Shown piece by piece: positions 47,375-56,972 of a stretch of DNA of 64,000 nt. The notes beneath the pieces were generated by a model that made no database searches, was not told the origin of the DNA, and saw nothing but the letters and a program-made list of their open reading frames with translations. Within the stretch, counting starts at the first letter, position 1; every line of letters begins with the position of its first letter. This DNA is from Acholeplasmataceae bacterium (GTDB lineage Bacteria > Bacillota_I > Bacilli_A > ML615J-28 > CAG-313). Location of the stretch: assembly GCA_012838545.1 (NCBI GenBank), contig DUPC01000031.1, positions 34,148 to 98,147 of the forward strand. The letters run 5' to 3'. Made by a program: the position numbers and the translations under genes.

Positions 47375-50300
47375 ATGTCGAAAAAAGTTTTCCACTCAAT
47401 GGATGGGAATCAAGCAGCGGCGTATGTAGCTTATGCCTTTACTGAGGTAGCAGGTATATATCCTATCACACCATCTTCTCCGATGGCGGAGTATGCGGAC
47501 GAATGGGCGGCCCAAGGAAAGAAAAATCTCTTCGGCGTTCCTGTTAAAATCGTGGAAATGCAATCCGAAGCCGGTGCAGCGGGCACAGTTCACGGTTCGT
47601 TGCAATCGGGAGCATTAACCACAACCTTTACCGCAAGCCAAGGTTTACTGCTTAAAATTCCTAATATGTATAAAATTGCTGGTGAATTATTGCCGGGTGT
47701 CATCCATGTTTCGGCTCGGAGTATCGCAGCACAAGCATTATCGATTTTCGGTGACCACCAAGACGTAATGGCGGCTCGTCAAACCGGATTTGCGATGCTG
47801 GCAACTTCCAGCGTTCAAGAAATCATGGATCTCGCGGCGGTTGCGCACCTTGCCGCAATCAAATCCAGCGTACCGTTTTTACATTTCTTTGATGGTTTCA
47901 GAACCAGCCATGAAATTCAAAAAATCGAAGTTTTGGACTACGAAGTCTTTGACAAATTGTTAGACAAAGAAGCTGTTGCGAAATTCAGACAACGTGCCCT
48001 CAGTTTTGAACATCCGGTAACCAGAGGTTCATCACAAAACGAAGACATATATTTCCAAACACGTGAAGTATCAAATAAATATTATTTAGCAGTTCCCGAT
48101 ATTGTCAATGATTACATGAAGGAACTATCTAAAATCACCGGTCGGAACTATGCGCCATTCGTTTATTACGGCGCAAAAGACGCAACCGACATTATCGTTG
48201 CGATGGGTTCCGTAACCGAAACAATTAAAACTGTTGTCGACTATCTCAACAAACAAGGTCGTAAGACCGGTTGCTTGGTAGTTCATTTGTATCGTCCGTT
48301 CTCAACCAAATATCTATTTGATGTATTGCCAAAAACCGTTGAACGGGTAGCGGTGCTTGACAGAACCAAAGAACCGGGATCAATCGGCGAACCATTATAC
48401 TTAGACGTTAAATCAGCATTCTACAATGTGGAAAATGCTCCGTATATCATTGGCGGACGTTATGGCCTATCCAGCAAAGACACAACTCCGGCCCAGATTT
48501 TTGCGGTGTTTGATCATTTAGCAAAGAAAGGCCATGACAGTTTCACCATCGGTATCAACGATGACGTAACTAACTTGAGCTTGCCTCTCGGAAAAGAAAT
48601 CCGAATCAATGACGATGTTACCGAACTTATTTTCTATGGATTGGGCAGCGACGGTACCGTTGGCGCCAATAAAAATACCATTAAGATTATAGGCGAAAAG
48701 ACTGCTCTTTACGGTCAAGCATACTTTGCTTATGACTCGAAGAAGAGCGGCGGCGTAACAAGATCGCACCTACGCTTCGGCAAAAACCCAATTCAGATGC
48801 CATACCTTGTAACACTTGCCGACTTTATCAGCTGCAGTCTGGATTCATACGTTCGCAAGTACGACATGCTTAAGTACTTAAAAGATGGCGGAACATTCTT
48901 GCTTAATACGGTAAGAAAACCAGAAGAAATCGAAGACTTCTTGCCAAATCATTTCAAGAAACAATTAGCCGAAAAGAATGCGAAGTTGTATATTATTGAT
49001 GCAGTTAACTTAGCTATGGAAATCGGTTTAGATCACCGTACCAATACCATTTTACAATCTGCTTTCTTTAAACTAAACGAACAAATCCTTCCATATAAAC
49101 AAGCAAAAGAAGAAATGAAGAATTTTGCGGAAAAATCATATGGACGCAAAGGTAGAGAAATTGTTGAACTAAACTTCAAAGCTATCGATAAAGGCGCCGA
49201 AGGTTTAGTAGAAGTCCCTGTTAAACCAGAGTGGAAAAACTTACCTGCTGACGACGATTTCGAAAGCGAAGACCGTCCAGATTTTGTCAAGAATGTTGCA
49301 GACGAAATCAATGCGATGAACGGCGGCGAATTGCCGGTTTCGGCTTTCCTTGATTACGATGACGGCACAATGCCTAACGGCGCAGCTGCTTTTGAAAAAC
49401 GCAGTATTGCCAACTTCGTTCCAGAATGGATACCTGACAACTGTATTCAATGTAACCAATGTTCATTTGTTTGTCCGCACGCAGTAATCAGACCGTTCCT
49501 TGCCACTGAAGAAGAAATTCAAAATGCTCCGGAAAGCACAATCGTGCTTAATGCGGTTGGTAAAGGCTTGGAAGGCTTAAAGTACTCAATTCAAATTTCG
49601 ACTTATGACTGCACGGGCTGCGAAACTTGTGTTAACACTTGTCCGGGCAGAAAAGGCGAAAAAGCGCTTAAGATGGTTCCAATCGAAGAAGCTATCGAAA
49701 GACATCAACCGGATAAAGCTCACTTCTTCTTCAATAACGTAACTTATAAAGACTCGTTAGTGGATAAAACCCTAAGCGCTAAGAACAGCCAATTCTCGCA
49801 ACCATTGTTTGAATTCTCCGGCGCTTGCGCAGGGTGCGGTGAAACTACATATATCAAGTTAGCAACGCAACTATTCGGCGACCGGATGGTAATCGCCAAT
49901 GCCACGGGTTGCTCGTCAATCTATGGCGGAAGCTATCCATCAACTGTTTATACCAAAAACGCTCACGGCGTTGGACCTGCATGGGCTAACTCGCTCTTTG
50001 AAGACAATGCCGAATACGGTTTCGGTATGAAGATTGCGGCTGATGCTTTACGCGATCAAATTCAAGTATTAATGGAACAAGCAATCGATAAGAACGAACT
50101 CCCTGAAATGCAACCATTGTTTGAAAAATGGATGCAAAATCGCGAAAATTCGCTAGTTACTAAAGAAGTTCGCGATGAATTGGTTCCGCTTCTGGAAAAA
50201 TCGAAAAACCTAATTGCTAAACGAATTTTTGAACTTAAAGACAATCTTGTCAAACGTTCGCAATGGATTATCGGTGGCGACGGTTGGGCATATGATATCG

Positions 50301-50917
50301 GTTACGGCGGTCTTGACCACGTAATTGCCAATAACGAAGATGTCAACATCTTGGTTCTTGATACCGAAGTATACTCCAACACAGGCGGTCAATCTTCAAA
50401 ATCCAGCCAAACCGGTTCGATAGCCAAATTTACCGCTGCCGGTAAACACGGCAAGAAGAAAGACCTCGCTGCAATCGCCATGAGTTACGGTCATGTATAT
50501 GTTGCCTACATCGCTCACGGAGCCAGCCAAGCTCAAATGCTTAAAGCAATGAAGGAAGCCGAAAGTTATCCGGGTCCATCTCTAATCATTGCCTACTCAC
50601 CATGTATTTCTCATGGTTTGCGTGCAGGCATGGGCAAAGCGCAACAACAAGCCAAGCTTGCGGTTGAATGCGGATATTGGACACTTCTCCGTTATGATCC
50701 ACGTTTGGCCGAAGAAGGCAAGAACCCATTGCAAATTGACTCCAAAGAGCCAAATTGGGAACTATACAATTCCTTCTTAATGAGCGAAACGCGTTATTCG
50801 CAATTAAAACAAATTAATCCAAATCAAGCCGAATACTTATTAGAACATAACATGAAAGAAGCCCAAAAACGCTATAAGAACTATGTTCGTCTAGCTTCTT
50901 TGGATTATTCCAACTAA
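47375..50917 (+). CDS. nifJ: pyruvate:ferredoxin (flavodoxin) oxidoreductase
   Basis: 1180 aa. N-terminus MSKKVFHSMDGNQAAAYVAY. Two 4Fe-4S ferredoxin motifs (CIQCNQCSFVCPH, CTGCETCVNTCP). The TPP-binding domain carries GDGW..D. The RBS is AAGGAGG. Confidence 0.95.
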   Translation: MSKKVFHSMDGNQAAAYVAYAFTEVAGIYPITPSSPMAEYADEWAAQGKKNLFGVPVKIVEMQSEAGAAGTVHGSLQSGALTTTFTASQGLLLKIPNMYKIAGELLPGVIHVSARSIAAQALSIFGDHQDVMAARQTGFAMLATSSVQEIMDLAAVAHLAAIKSSVPFLHFFDGFRTSHEIQKIEVLDYEVFDKLLDKEAVAKFRQRALSFEHPVTRGSSQNEDIYFQTREVSNKYYLAVPDIVNDYMKELSKITGRNYAPFVYYGAKDATDIIVAMGSVTETIKTVVDYLNKQGRKTGCLVVHLYRPFSTKYLFDVLPKTVERVAVLDRTKEPGSIGEPLYLDVKSAFYNVENAPYIIGGRYGLSSKDTTPAQIFAVFDHLAKKGHDSFTIGINDDVTNLSLPLGKEIRINDDVTELIFYGLGSDGTVGANKNTIKIIGEKTALYGQAYFAYDSKKSGGVTRSHLRFGKNPIQMPYLVTLADFISCSLDSYVRKYDMLKYLKDGGTFLLNTVRKPEEIEDFLPNHFKKQLAEKNAKLYIIDAVNLAMEIGLDHRTNTILQSAFFKLNEQILPYKQAKEEMKNFAEKSYGRKGREIVELNFKAIDKGAEGLVEVPVKPEWKNLPADDDFESEDRPDFVKNVADEINAMNGGELPVSAFLDYDDGTMPNGAAAFEKRSIANFVPEWIPDNCIQCNQCSFVCPHAVIRPFLATEEEIQNAPESTIVLNAVGKGLEGLKYSIQISTYDCTGCETCVNTCPGRKGEKALKMVPIEEAIERHQPDKAHFFFNNVTYKDSLVDKTLSAKNSQFSQPLFEFSGACAGCGETTYIKLATQLFGDRMVIANATGCSSIYGGSYPSTVYTKNAHGVGPAWANSLFEDNAEYGFGMKIAADALRDQIQVLMEQAIDKNELPEMQPLFEKWMQNRENSLVTKEVRDELVPLLEKSKNLIAKRIFELKDNLVKRSQWIIGGDGWAYDIGYGGLDHVIANNEDVNILVLDTEVYSNTGGQSSKSSQTGSIAKFTAAGKHGKKKDLAAIAMSYGHVYVAYIAHGASQAQMLKAMKEAESYPGPSLIIAYSPCISHGLRAGMGKAQQQAKLAVECGYWTLLRYDPRLAEEGKNPLQIDSKEPNWELYNSFLMSETRYSQLKQINPNQAEYLLEHNMKEAQKRYKNYVRLASLDYSN

Positions 50918-50923
50918 GGTAAT

Positions 50924-50952
50924 CCCGGGGGTTTAAAAGCCCCCTTTTTTTA
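50924..50952 (+). terminator. intrinsic terminator after PFOR
   Basis: GGGGGtttaaaagCCCCC hairpin followed by a T-run. Confidence 0.6.
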
Positions 50953-51103
50953 TTCTTAAAAAATTGCGTTGGCTTTTTTTAAAAAAAAATAATAAGCAGA
51001 AAAATTAATTGATTTGTTATTTTTTCTTGTTTCGTGTATAATATGGCTATATATAGTCTTATGGCTGTTAAATGAGATATTTAGGACAAAGGAGGTCCAA
51101 AAG

Positions 51104-51397
51104 ATGTTAAAAAGAAAAATTGTCGCAGTTACGCCGCTTGTGGCAACTTTAGTGTTTTTATTGCTTGGGTTTATTTGGGAGGCATGGCATCCGGGTTGGA
51201 TAGTATTTTTGTCAATTCCAATCGTTGGCACAATTGAGAAAATAACCCGTAAAAATATGAAAGCCAAGATTACTTCTTTAACGTTTCTTTTTTGCTTGAT
51301 TACATTCTTTATTTTAGGTTTCGCTTGGGGTGCTTGGCATCCGGGATGGCTTGTGTTCTTTTTGATACCGATTGTGTCGACACTAGTCTATTCGTAG
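51104..51397 (+). CDS. small membrane protein with an internal tandem repeat (97 aa)
   Basis: The RBS AAAGGAGG lies 8 nt before ATG 51104. It contains two copies of G(F/A)W.AWHPGW.VF..IPIV.T, each a TM hairpin. The ORF track's upstream extension lacks an RBS. Confidence 0.55.
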   Translation: MLKRKIVAVTPLVATLVFLLLGFIWEAWHPGWIVFLSIPIVGTIEKITRKNMKAKITSLTFLFCLITFFILGFAWGAWHPGWLVFFLIPIVSTLVYS

Positions 51398-51406
51398 GAT
51401 AGAGAA

Positions 51407-52219
51407 ATGGAACCGTCAAGAAACGATCGACAACTTAACTACGCTTTAAAGAAGAACAAACCGCGCCTTTTATTTCCCATCCTGAATACAGTTTTTGCGG
51501 TTGCGATAGCGGTATTTTTAACGGTTGTCGCGATTAAACAAAAACAACCTGTGTGGGTTTATTTTGTCATTTTTCTCTTTTTGGTGATTTATCCTTTAAG
51601 TAGTTGGTATAACAGTTATTTTTCCAAAAAATATGCCCGAAAAAAAATCTACAACGTTCAAGAAGAAGCCGAACAGATGTTACAATATTCCAAGCATTTG
51701 ATCCACAGAACCAAATATCAATTGACCGAAGAAAGCCGCTTAGCTTTTTTTGTGAATTTCACGGATACAATTAATGAACAAAAGGTAAGCTTCAACAATA
51801 AGACCAAAGAGTTCGAACCGTTAAGCATTGAAAAGAACAAAAAACTTGCGCTTTTAACGATTGGTTTATCGTTTGCGGGGGCGGCGATTGATCCGACCTC
51901 CAAAGAGGTGAAAGGAATCATGGGAATGGTTCCGTGTTCGATTTGGGTTAAGAAAAAACTAAGCCCGCCTCTGGCAGAGCCGGGAACGGTATTGGTTGAT
52001 TTTGGCGATTTTGCGGTGGAGGGGGAAGTTATTTTCCAATATCGCAAAAAGGAAGATATCTATTACGATTCCAAAAGCGGTTGGCTTTGCTTTGGATCAC
52101 GCAAACTTACCAAATTGGATGAAGCGGTAAAAATCGCTGATGAGGTTATTTTGGTTGTTCGAAACAACGATTTGGTATCCATTTGGGTAAAGATTAAAGA
52201 AAACATGGTTTTTAGTTAA
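51407..52219 (+). CDS. membrane-anchored hypothetical protein (270 aa)
   Basis: A gap of 9 nt separates it from the previous gene. An N-terminal TM hairpin is followed by a ~190-aa soluble domain, and a terminator follows. No family could be assigned. Confidence 0.5.
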   Translation: MEPSRNDRQLNYALKKNKPRLLFPILNTVFAVAIAVFLTVVAIKQKQPVWVYFVIFLFLVIYPLSSWYNSYFSKKYARKKIYNVQEEAEQMLQYSKHLIHRTKYQLTEESRLAFFVNFTDTINEQKVSFNNKTKEFEPLSIEKNKKLALLTIGLSFAGAAIDPTSKEVKGIMGMVPCSIWVKKKLSPPLAEPGTVLVDFGDFAVEGEVIFQYRKKEDIYYDSKSGWLCFGSRKLTKLDEAVKIADEVILVVRNNDLVSIWVKIKENMVFS

Positions 52220-52239
52220 AAACAACCCCAAAAGAAATT

Positions 52240-52277
52240 AAGAGGAAGTCAAAAAAGGGCTTCCTCTTATTTGTTTT
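52240..52277 (+). terminator. intrinsic terminator after the two-gene membrane cassette
   Basis: AAGAGGAAG...CTTCCTCTT followed by a T-run. Confidence 0.55.
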
Positions 52278-52343
52278 AATTATGCATATTGAGTGCGTAT
52301 ATTACCTATTTTTGATATAATAATATGTTGAGGTAGATTAACC

Positions 52344-53678
52344 ATGAAAACAATTTTTGCCAAAATAATTATTGCTTTTTTCATTTTTTTACTTATGCCA
52401 ACAGCTTTATCAGTGGATGCGGAAAGCGAGTACCTGTTTAAACAATTTTATTTTTCGGGATATCTTAATACCGAAAGTGTGGTAATGCTTGAATATAATA
52501 AAAACCATTTTGACAATAATGCTTTAACTTCCATTTGGTCAGGAATCGAAGAAATTTTGCTCAAAACGGAAAGAAACTTTTCAATCTCCCAAACACCTTA
52601 TATGGCCAGTTACAAAATTGATAAGTCCAAATTGATGTTAATCAATGAACGAAGCGGAACCGGCGAAAAAACAACCGTCGACCAAGATTTTATCGATTTA
52701 ATAAAATTGGCGGTTGAAGTAGCAGAAGCCACCAACGGAGGGTTCGATCCCACGATTGGACCGCTTACGACCCTATGGAAAATTTCCGAATTGTCCGAGT
52801 ACTGCCGAACCGACAGCATGGATTATGATGCGGAACGCTGCGAAATACCTACGGATGATGAAATTAACAAAGCTATACAAAAAATAGATTACACTTCAAT
52901 TGAAATCGATGAAACAGAAATGACCGTTTATTTGCCGAATCCTGGTATGAAACTGGATTTAGGCGCAATCGCCAAGGGGTTTGCTGCAGACAAGGTTACC
53001 GAATATCTAATCAGCCAAGGATTTCACTTTTTTATGATTAGTCTCGGAGGAAATGCCTATAACTACGGCGAAAGCATACTCTATCCCGGCAAAAGCGAAA
53101 CTGTATTAACCAATCCTTTTGGCGGCGATTATTTGTTAAAACTTTTCGGGAATTCCCAAACCATTGTAACATCCGGTGTTTACGAACGTTACATCGAAGT
53201 AGGCACAGATATATATCACCATCTGTTAAATCCTAAAACTGGTTATCCTTTTGACAATAATTTAATGTCCGTGTCAATTGTTGTGGATTACAAAGAAGGC
53301 TTTTATGCTTCGGCGTTTGCTGATGCGTTTGCCACCGGTATTTTTGCCCTTGGCTTGGAAGAAGGCTTAGCCTATGGGGAAAGCCGGCCTGACATGGAAG
53401 CGATCGCCGTTACGAAAGACAAAAAAGTATACGCCACGAGTAACCTTGATTTTAAAGCTGAAAAAGGATTGACAGAAGACTTTGAGTTATATGTGGGCGG
53501 AGAAAAGATAGATTTAAAACCGGTGCCGGTTGATCCGACCGACCCCGAGGATCCCTCGCCATATGATCCAACGCAGGATTTATTGATTGCCTTAATATTT
53601 ATCGTAATCGGTTTTGGTGCAACCGTTTTGTTAGTATATACTTTAAGAAAACCTAAGAATAAAACAAAAGAGGAATAA
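52344..53678 (+). CDS. apbE: FAD:protein FMN transferase (ApbE/Ftp family) with signal peptide and C-terminal TM anchor
   Basis: ApbE core motif LDLGAIAKGFAADKV. There is an N-terminal signal peptide and a C-terminal hydrophobic segment LLIALIFIVIGFGATVLLV. The stop lies 2 nt before sufC. Confidence 0.75.
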   Translation: MKTIFAKIIIAFFIFLLMPTALSVDAESEYLFKQFYFSGYLNTESVVMLEYNKNHFDNNALTSIWSGIEEILLKTERNFSISQTPYMASYKIDKSKLMLINERSGTGEKTTVDQDFIDLIKLAVEVAEATNGGFDPTIGPLTTLWKISELSEYCRTDSMDYDAERCEIPTDDEINKAIQKIDYTSIEIDETEMTVYLPNPGMKLDLGAIAKGFAADKVTEYLISQGFHFFMISLGGNAYNYGESILYPGKSETVLTNPFGGDYLLKLFGNSQTIVTSGVYERYIEVGTDIYHHLLNPKTGYPFDNNLMSVSIVVDYKEGFYASAFADAFATGIFALGLEEGLAYGESRPDMEAIAVTKDKKVYATSNLDFKAEKGLTEDFELYVGGEKIDLKPVPVDPTDPEDPSPYDPTQDLLIALIFIVIGFGATVLLVYTLRKPKNKTKEE

Positions 53679-53680
53679 AT

Positions 53681-54538
53681 ATGTCCATATTGAAAATAAA
53701 AAACCTTCGCGTTTCGGTTGAAGGCAAAGAAATCTTAAAAGGAATCGACCTAGAAATAAAAACCGGGGAATTCCATGTTATCATGGGGCCCAACGGAACC
53801 GGAAAATCAACGCTTGCTTCGACCATTATGGGACACTTTAAATACGAAGTAACCGATGGCGAAATTGATTTGGACGGCGAAAACCTGTTGGAAATACCGG
53901 TAGACAAACGTTCCCGAAAAGGCTTGTTTTTAGCCATGCAATACCCAAGCGAAATCAGCGGGGTAACGAATGCGGATTTCATCAAGACGGCTCTTCAGGC
54001 GCGTCTTCCGGAAGGCGAACATATACCGCTTTTCAAATTTATCAAAACGCTTGATAAAGCAAGCAATGAGTTGAAAATGCACAGCGATTTGCCACACCGA
54101 TATGTCAACGTCGGTTTTTCTGGCGGTGAAAGAAAACGCAACGAAATTTTGCAAATGAAAATCTTGAAACCGAAATTTGCTATCCTGGATGAAATCGATT
54201 CTGGTCTGGACGTCGATGCTTTGCGGATTGTGGGTGAAAACGTAAGTTCCATGAAAAACAGCGACTTCGGTGCTTTAATCATTACTCACTACGAAAGACT
54301 TTTGGATTACATTGATGTCGATTGTGTCCATGTCATGCTGGACGGACGAATAGTAAAATCAGGCGGAAAAGAACTGATTGCCCAAATCGATGAAAAAGGC
54401 TATGACTGGATAAAAGACGAAGTCGGTTTGGTTGACGAACCAATCAATGTTATCGGAAAAGTAAGCGTAGGCACATGCGCCGTCAAAAACGTCTTGGATA
54501 CGGGAAATGGTACCAATGGCAACAATAAAAATCGATAA
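53681..54538 (+). CDS. sufC: Fe-S cluster assembly ATPase SufC
   Basis: Walker A GPNGTGKST and the ABC signature FSGGERKR. Confidence 0.93.
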   Translation: MSILKIKNLRVSVEGKEILKGIDLEIKTGEFHVIMGPNGTGKSTLASTIMGHFKYEVTDGEIDLDGENLLEIPVDKRSRKGLFLAMQYPSEISGVTNADFIKTALQARLPEGEHIPLFKFIKTLDKASNELKMHSDLPHRYVNVGFSGGERKRNEILQMKILKPKFAILDEIDSGLDVDALRIVGENVSSMKNSDFGALIITHYERLLDYIDVDCVHVMLDGRIVKSGGKELIAQIDEKGYDWIKDEVGLVDEPINVIGKVSVGTCAVKNVLDTGNGTNGNNKNR

Positions 54539-55295
54539 ACCCGCACCAAATCCCATCGTTATCGAGGATAGCGACGAGAAGCAATTAATTCATGTTTTGC
54601 CCTTACAAAACGCCACCCTTTATCATAAGAATAATAACGGTATTAAGCATGTAATCATTACTTTGGAAAAAGCCGCCAAGTTAACATATCTTCTGTGGCA
54701 AAAAGCAGGCGAACTAAATGTTCGTTATGATATATATTTAAAACAAGACGCTGAGCTTACCTTTTATTCGATGACTTCTTCCAACGAAAACATTTTGATG
54801 AACCCCACGGTTTACTTGCAGGAACAAGGTGCCAAAGTTCAAATCATGAATGTCTTTTTGGCTTTAGGCAAAGCGGAAGTGTCTTGCGATTCGAATATCT
54901 TGCACGAACAAGGCAGTACCATCAGCAACCACGAAAGTTATATCATTGCTTTGGACCAAGCGGTTGTCAAAGTCAACAATAATTCGAAAATTGTAAAAGG
55001 TGCTAAAGGAAGCAATGCCAATCAAGTGACTAAGGGGCTTAACATCGGCGACAATAGTCAAATAATAGCCGACCCTAATCTGTTTATCGAGGAACACGAT
55101 GTCATCGCCCACCACGGTGCCGCAATCGGTTCGTTGAACAAAGACGAATTGTTCTATTTGATGAGCCGCGGTTTAACCGAAGAACAAGCCTCCAAAATCA
55201 TCATTATGGGGTTCTTGCAACCGTTGCTTGACCACATAACCGATGAATTAACCAAAACAGAAATCAAAGAGGATTTCGAACATAAATTAAAGTAG
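54507..55295 (+). CDS. sufD: Fe-S cluster assembly protein SufD (short form, 262 aa)
   Basis: Beta-helix repeats. The C-terminal motif [14 protein letters not shown] is shared with SufB. Confidence 0.8.
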   Translation: MVPMATIKIDKPAPNPIVIEDSDEKQLIHVLPLQNATLYHKNNNGIKHVIITLEKAAKLTYLLWQKAGELNVRYDIYLKQDAELTFYSMTSSNENILMNPTVYLQEQGAKVQIMNVFLALGKAEVSCDSNILHEQGSTISNHESYIIALDQAVVKVNNNSKIVKGAKGSNANQVTKGLNIGDNSQIIADPNLFIEEHDVIAHHGAAIGSLNKDELFYLMSRGLTEEQASKIIIMGFLQPLLDHITDELTKTEIKEDFEHKLK

Positions 55296-56510
55296 GTGAT
55301 ATTTTTGTTAAATAAATCGATTAAAAACGATTTTCCCGTTTTAGTCAATAACCCCGATTTATGTTATTTGGACAGCGGGGCTACTTCGCTAAAAATAAAA
55401 GCCGTGATTGACAAGATGAAGGAATATTACGAATATTACGGCGTCAATATCCATCGCGGCGTCTATCAATTGAGCCATCAGGCAACTACCGAATACGAAG
55501 AAACAAGAGACGTTGTGGCTAGGTTCATCAATGCCAAACCCGAAGAAATCATTTACACCAAAGGAACTACCAACGCTTTAAACATGGTAGCTTCCATCTT
55601 AAGCAAAACTTTATCCTCGGGAGACGAAATCATTGTTTCGGAACTCGAACACCACAGCAGCGTCCTTCCTTGGCAACATATTGCGGCAGAGAAGGGATTG
55701 ATGCTTCGCTATGTCGATTTAACTGTCGATGGCAGGATTACTTTAGAAAACTTCAAAGCAACAATATCACCGAAAACCAAAGTCGTGGCCATTACATATG
55801 TTTCCAATGTAATGGGTTATATTACCCCTTTAAAAGAAATCATCCAAGAAGCCCATAAAGTTGGGGCGGTAGTGATTGTGGATGCGGCGCAAGCGGCTCC
55901 TCACATTAAAATCGATGTAAAAGATTTGGATTGCGACTTTTTGGCGTTTTCCGCTCATAAAATGCTGGGACCGACCGGTTTTGGCATTCTATACGGAAAA
56001 ATGCGGATATTGGATTATTTGGATCCTTATGAATACGGAGGCGATATGAATGACGACGTTTGTTTGTTTGAAGCAACATATCGCGATGTACCGTACAAAT
56101 ATGAAGCGGGAACCATGCCGATTGCCGAAGCGATTGCCTTTAAAGAAGCCATCAAATATATAGAAAAAATCAAAATAGATAAAATTCACGAACATGAAAA
56201 AGCCTTAATCGCTTATGCAATGCCTAAACTTTTGGCAATCAAAGGAGTCGAAGTATATAATCCGACAACGGATACCGGAATCATCGCCTTCAATATCAAA
56301 GGCGTCCATCCCCATGATGCGGCTACGCTGTTTGACCAAAACAATGTCGCGCTTCGTGCCGGCCACCACTGTGCGCAGTTAATCACCAAGTGGTTGGGGG
56401 TTTCCGGAACTTTACGAGCAAGTTTTTACCTTTACAATACGATTGAAGATGTCGATCGCTTCCTTGAAGCGGTGAAAGCAACCGTTTCGTTTTTTGAAAG
56501 GATTGGATAA
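55296..56510 (+). CDS. sufS: cysteine desulfurase SufS
   Basis: PLP fold type I. The SufS motif RAGHHCAQ (catalytic Cys) is present. Confidence 0.9.
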   Translation: MIFLLNKSIKNDFPVLVNNPDLCYLDSGATSLKIKAVIDKMKEYYEYYGVNIHRGVYQLSHQATTEYEETRDVVARFINAKPEEIIYTKGTTNALNMVASILSKTLSSGDEIIVSELEHHSSVLPWQHIAAEKGLMLRYVDLTVDGRITLENFKATISPKTKVVAITYVSNVMGYITPLKEIIQEAHKVGAVVIVDAAQAAPHIKIDVKDLDCDFLAFSAHKMLGPTGFGILYGKMRILDYLDPYEYGGDMNDDVCLFEATYRDVPYKYEAGTMPIAEAIAFKEAIKYIEKIKIDKIHEHEKALIAYAMPKLLAIKGVEVYNPTTDTGIIAFNIKGVHPHDAATLFDQNNVALRAGHHCAQLITKWLGVSGTLRASFYLYNTIEDVDRFLEAVKATVSFFERIG

Positions 56511-56513
56511 AAA

Positions 56514-56972
56514 ATGAGAACCGTTGAACAATTGTATCGCCAAGTTATCATGGAACACTACAAAAACCCCCGAAATAAAGGTTTAAAAGAAGAAGCGGGA
56601 TATAAGAAATTAAGACTAAAAAATCCTAGCTGCGGCGACGACGTAACAATTCAAATTAACTTAAAAGACGGAAAATTATTGGATATCCGCCATGTCGGAA
56701 CGGGCTGTTCCATCTGCTGCGCATCGGCTTCAATCATGAGCGAATTAATGAAAAACAAAACCACTGCCGAAGCTAATGCTTTAATCGAAGATTATTATCA
56801 TTTGATAAAGGGCGAAGAACCAAGCGACATGGACGCTTTGGAAGAAGCGCAAGTCTTTTCGGGAGTTGCGCAATTCCCTGCCCGCACTAAATGTGCGACC
56901 ATTGCCTGGCGCGCCCTTGATACTTTAATCAACGGCAGTTCGGAAGAGGATAACGAATATGAGCAATCTTGA
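56514..56972 (+). CDS. sufU: sulfur-transfer / scaffold protein SufU
   Basis: NifU/IscU-like with Cys residues in [15 protein letters not shown] and KCATIA. Confidence 0.88.
   Translation: MRTVEQLYRQVIMEHYKNPRNKGLKEEAGYKKLRLKNPSCGDDVTIQINLKDGKLLDIRHVGTGCSICCASASIMSELMKNKTTAEANALIEDYYHLIKGEEPSDMDALEEAQVFSGVAQFPARTKCATIAWRALDTLINGSSEEDNEYEQS

Noticed and set aside
51014-51103. Upstream extension of the small WHPGW-repeat membrane protein
   Set aside because: No RBS precedes 51014, and it would overlap the predicted promoter. ATG 51104 has AAAGGAGG at ideal spacing.
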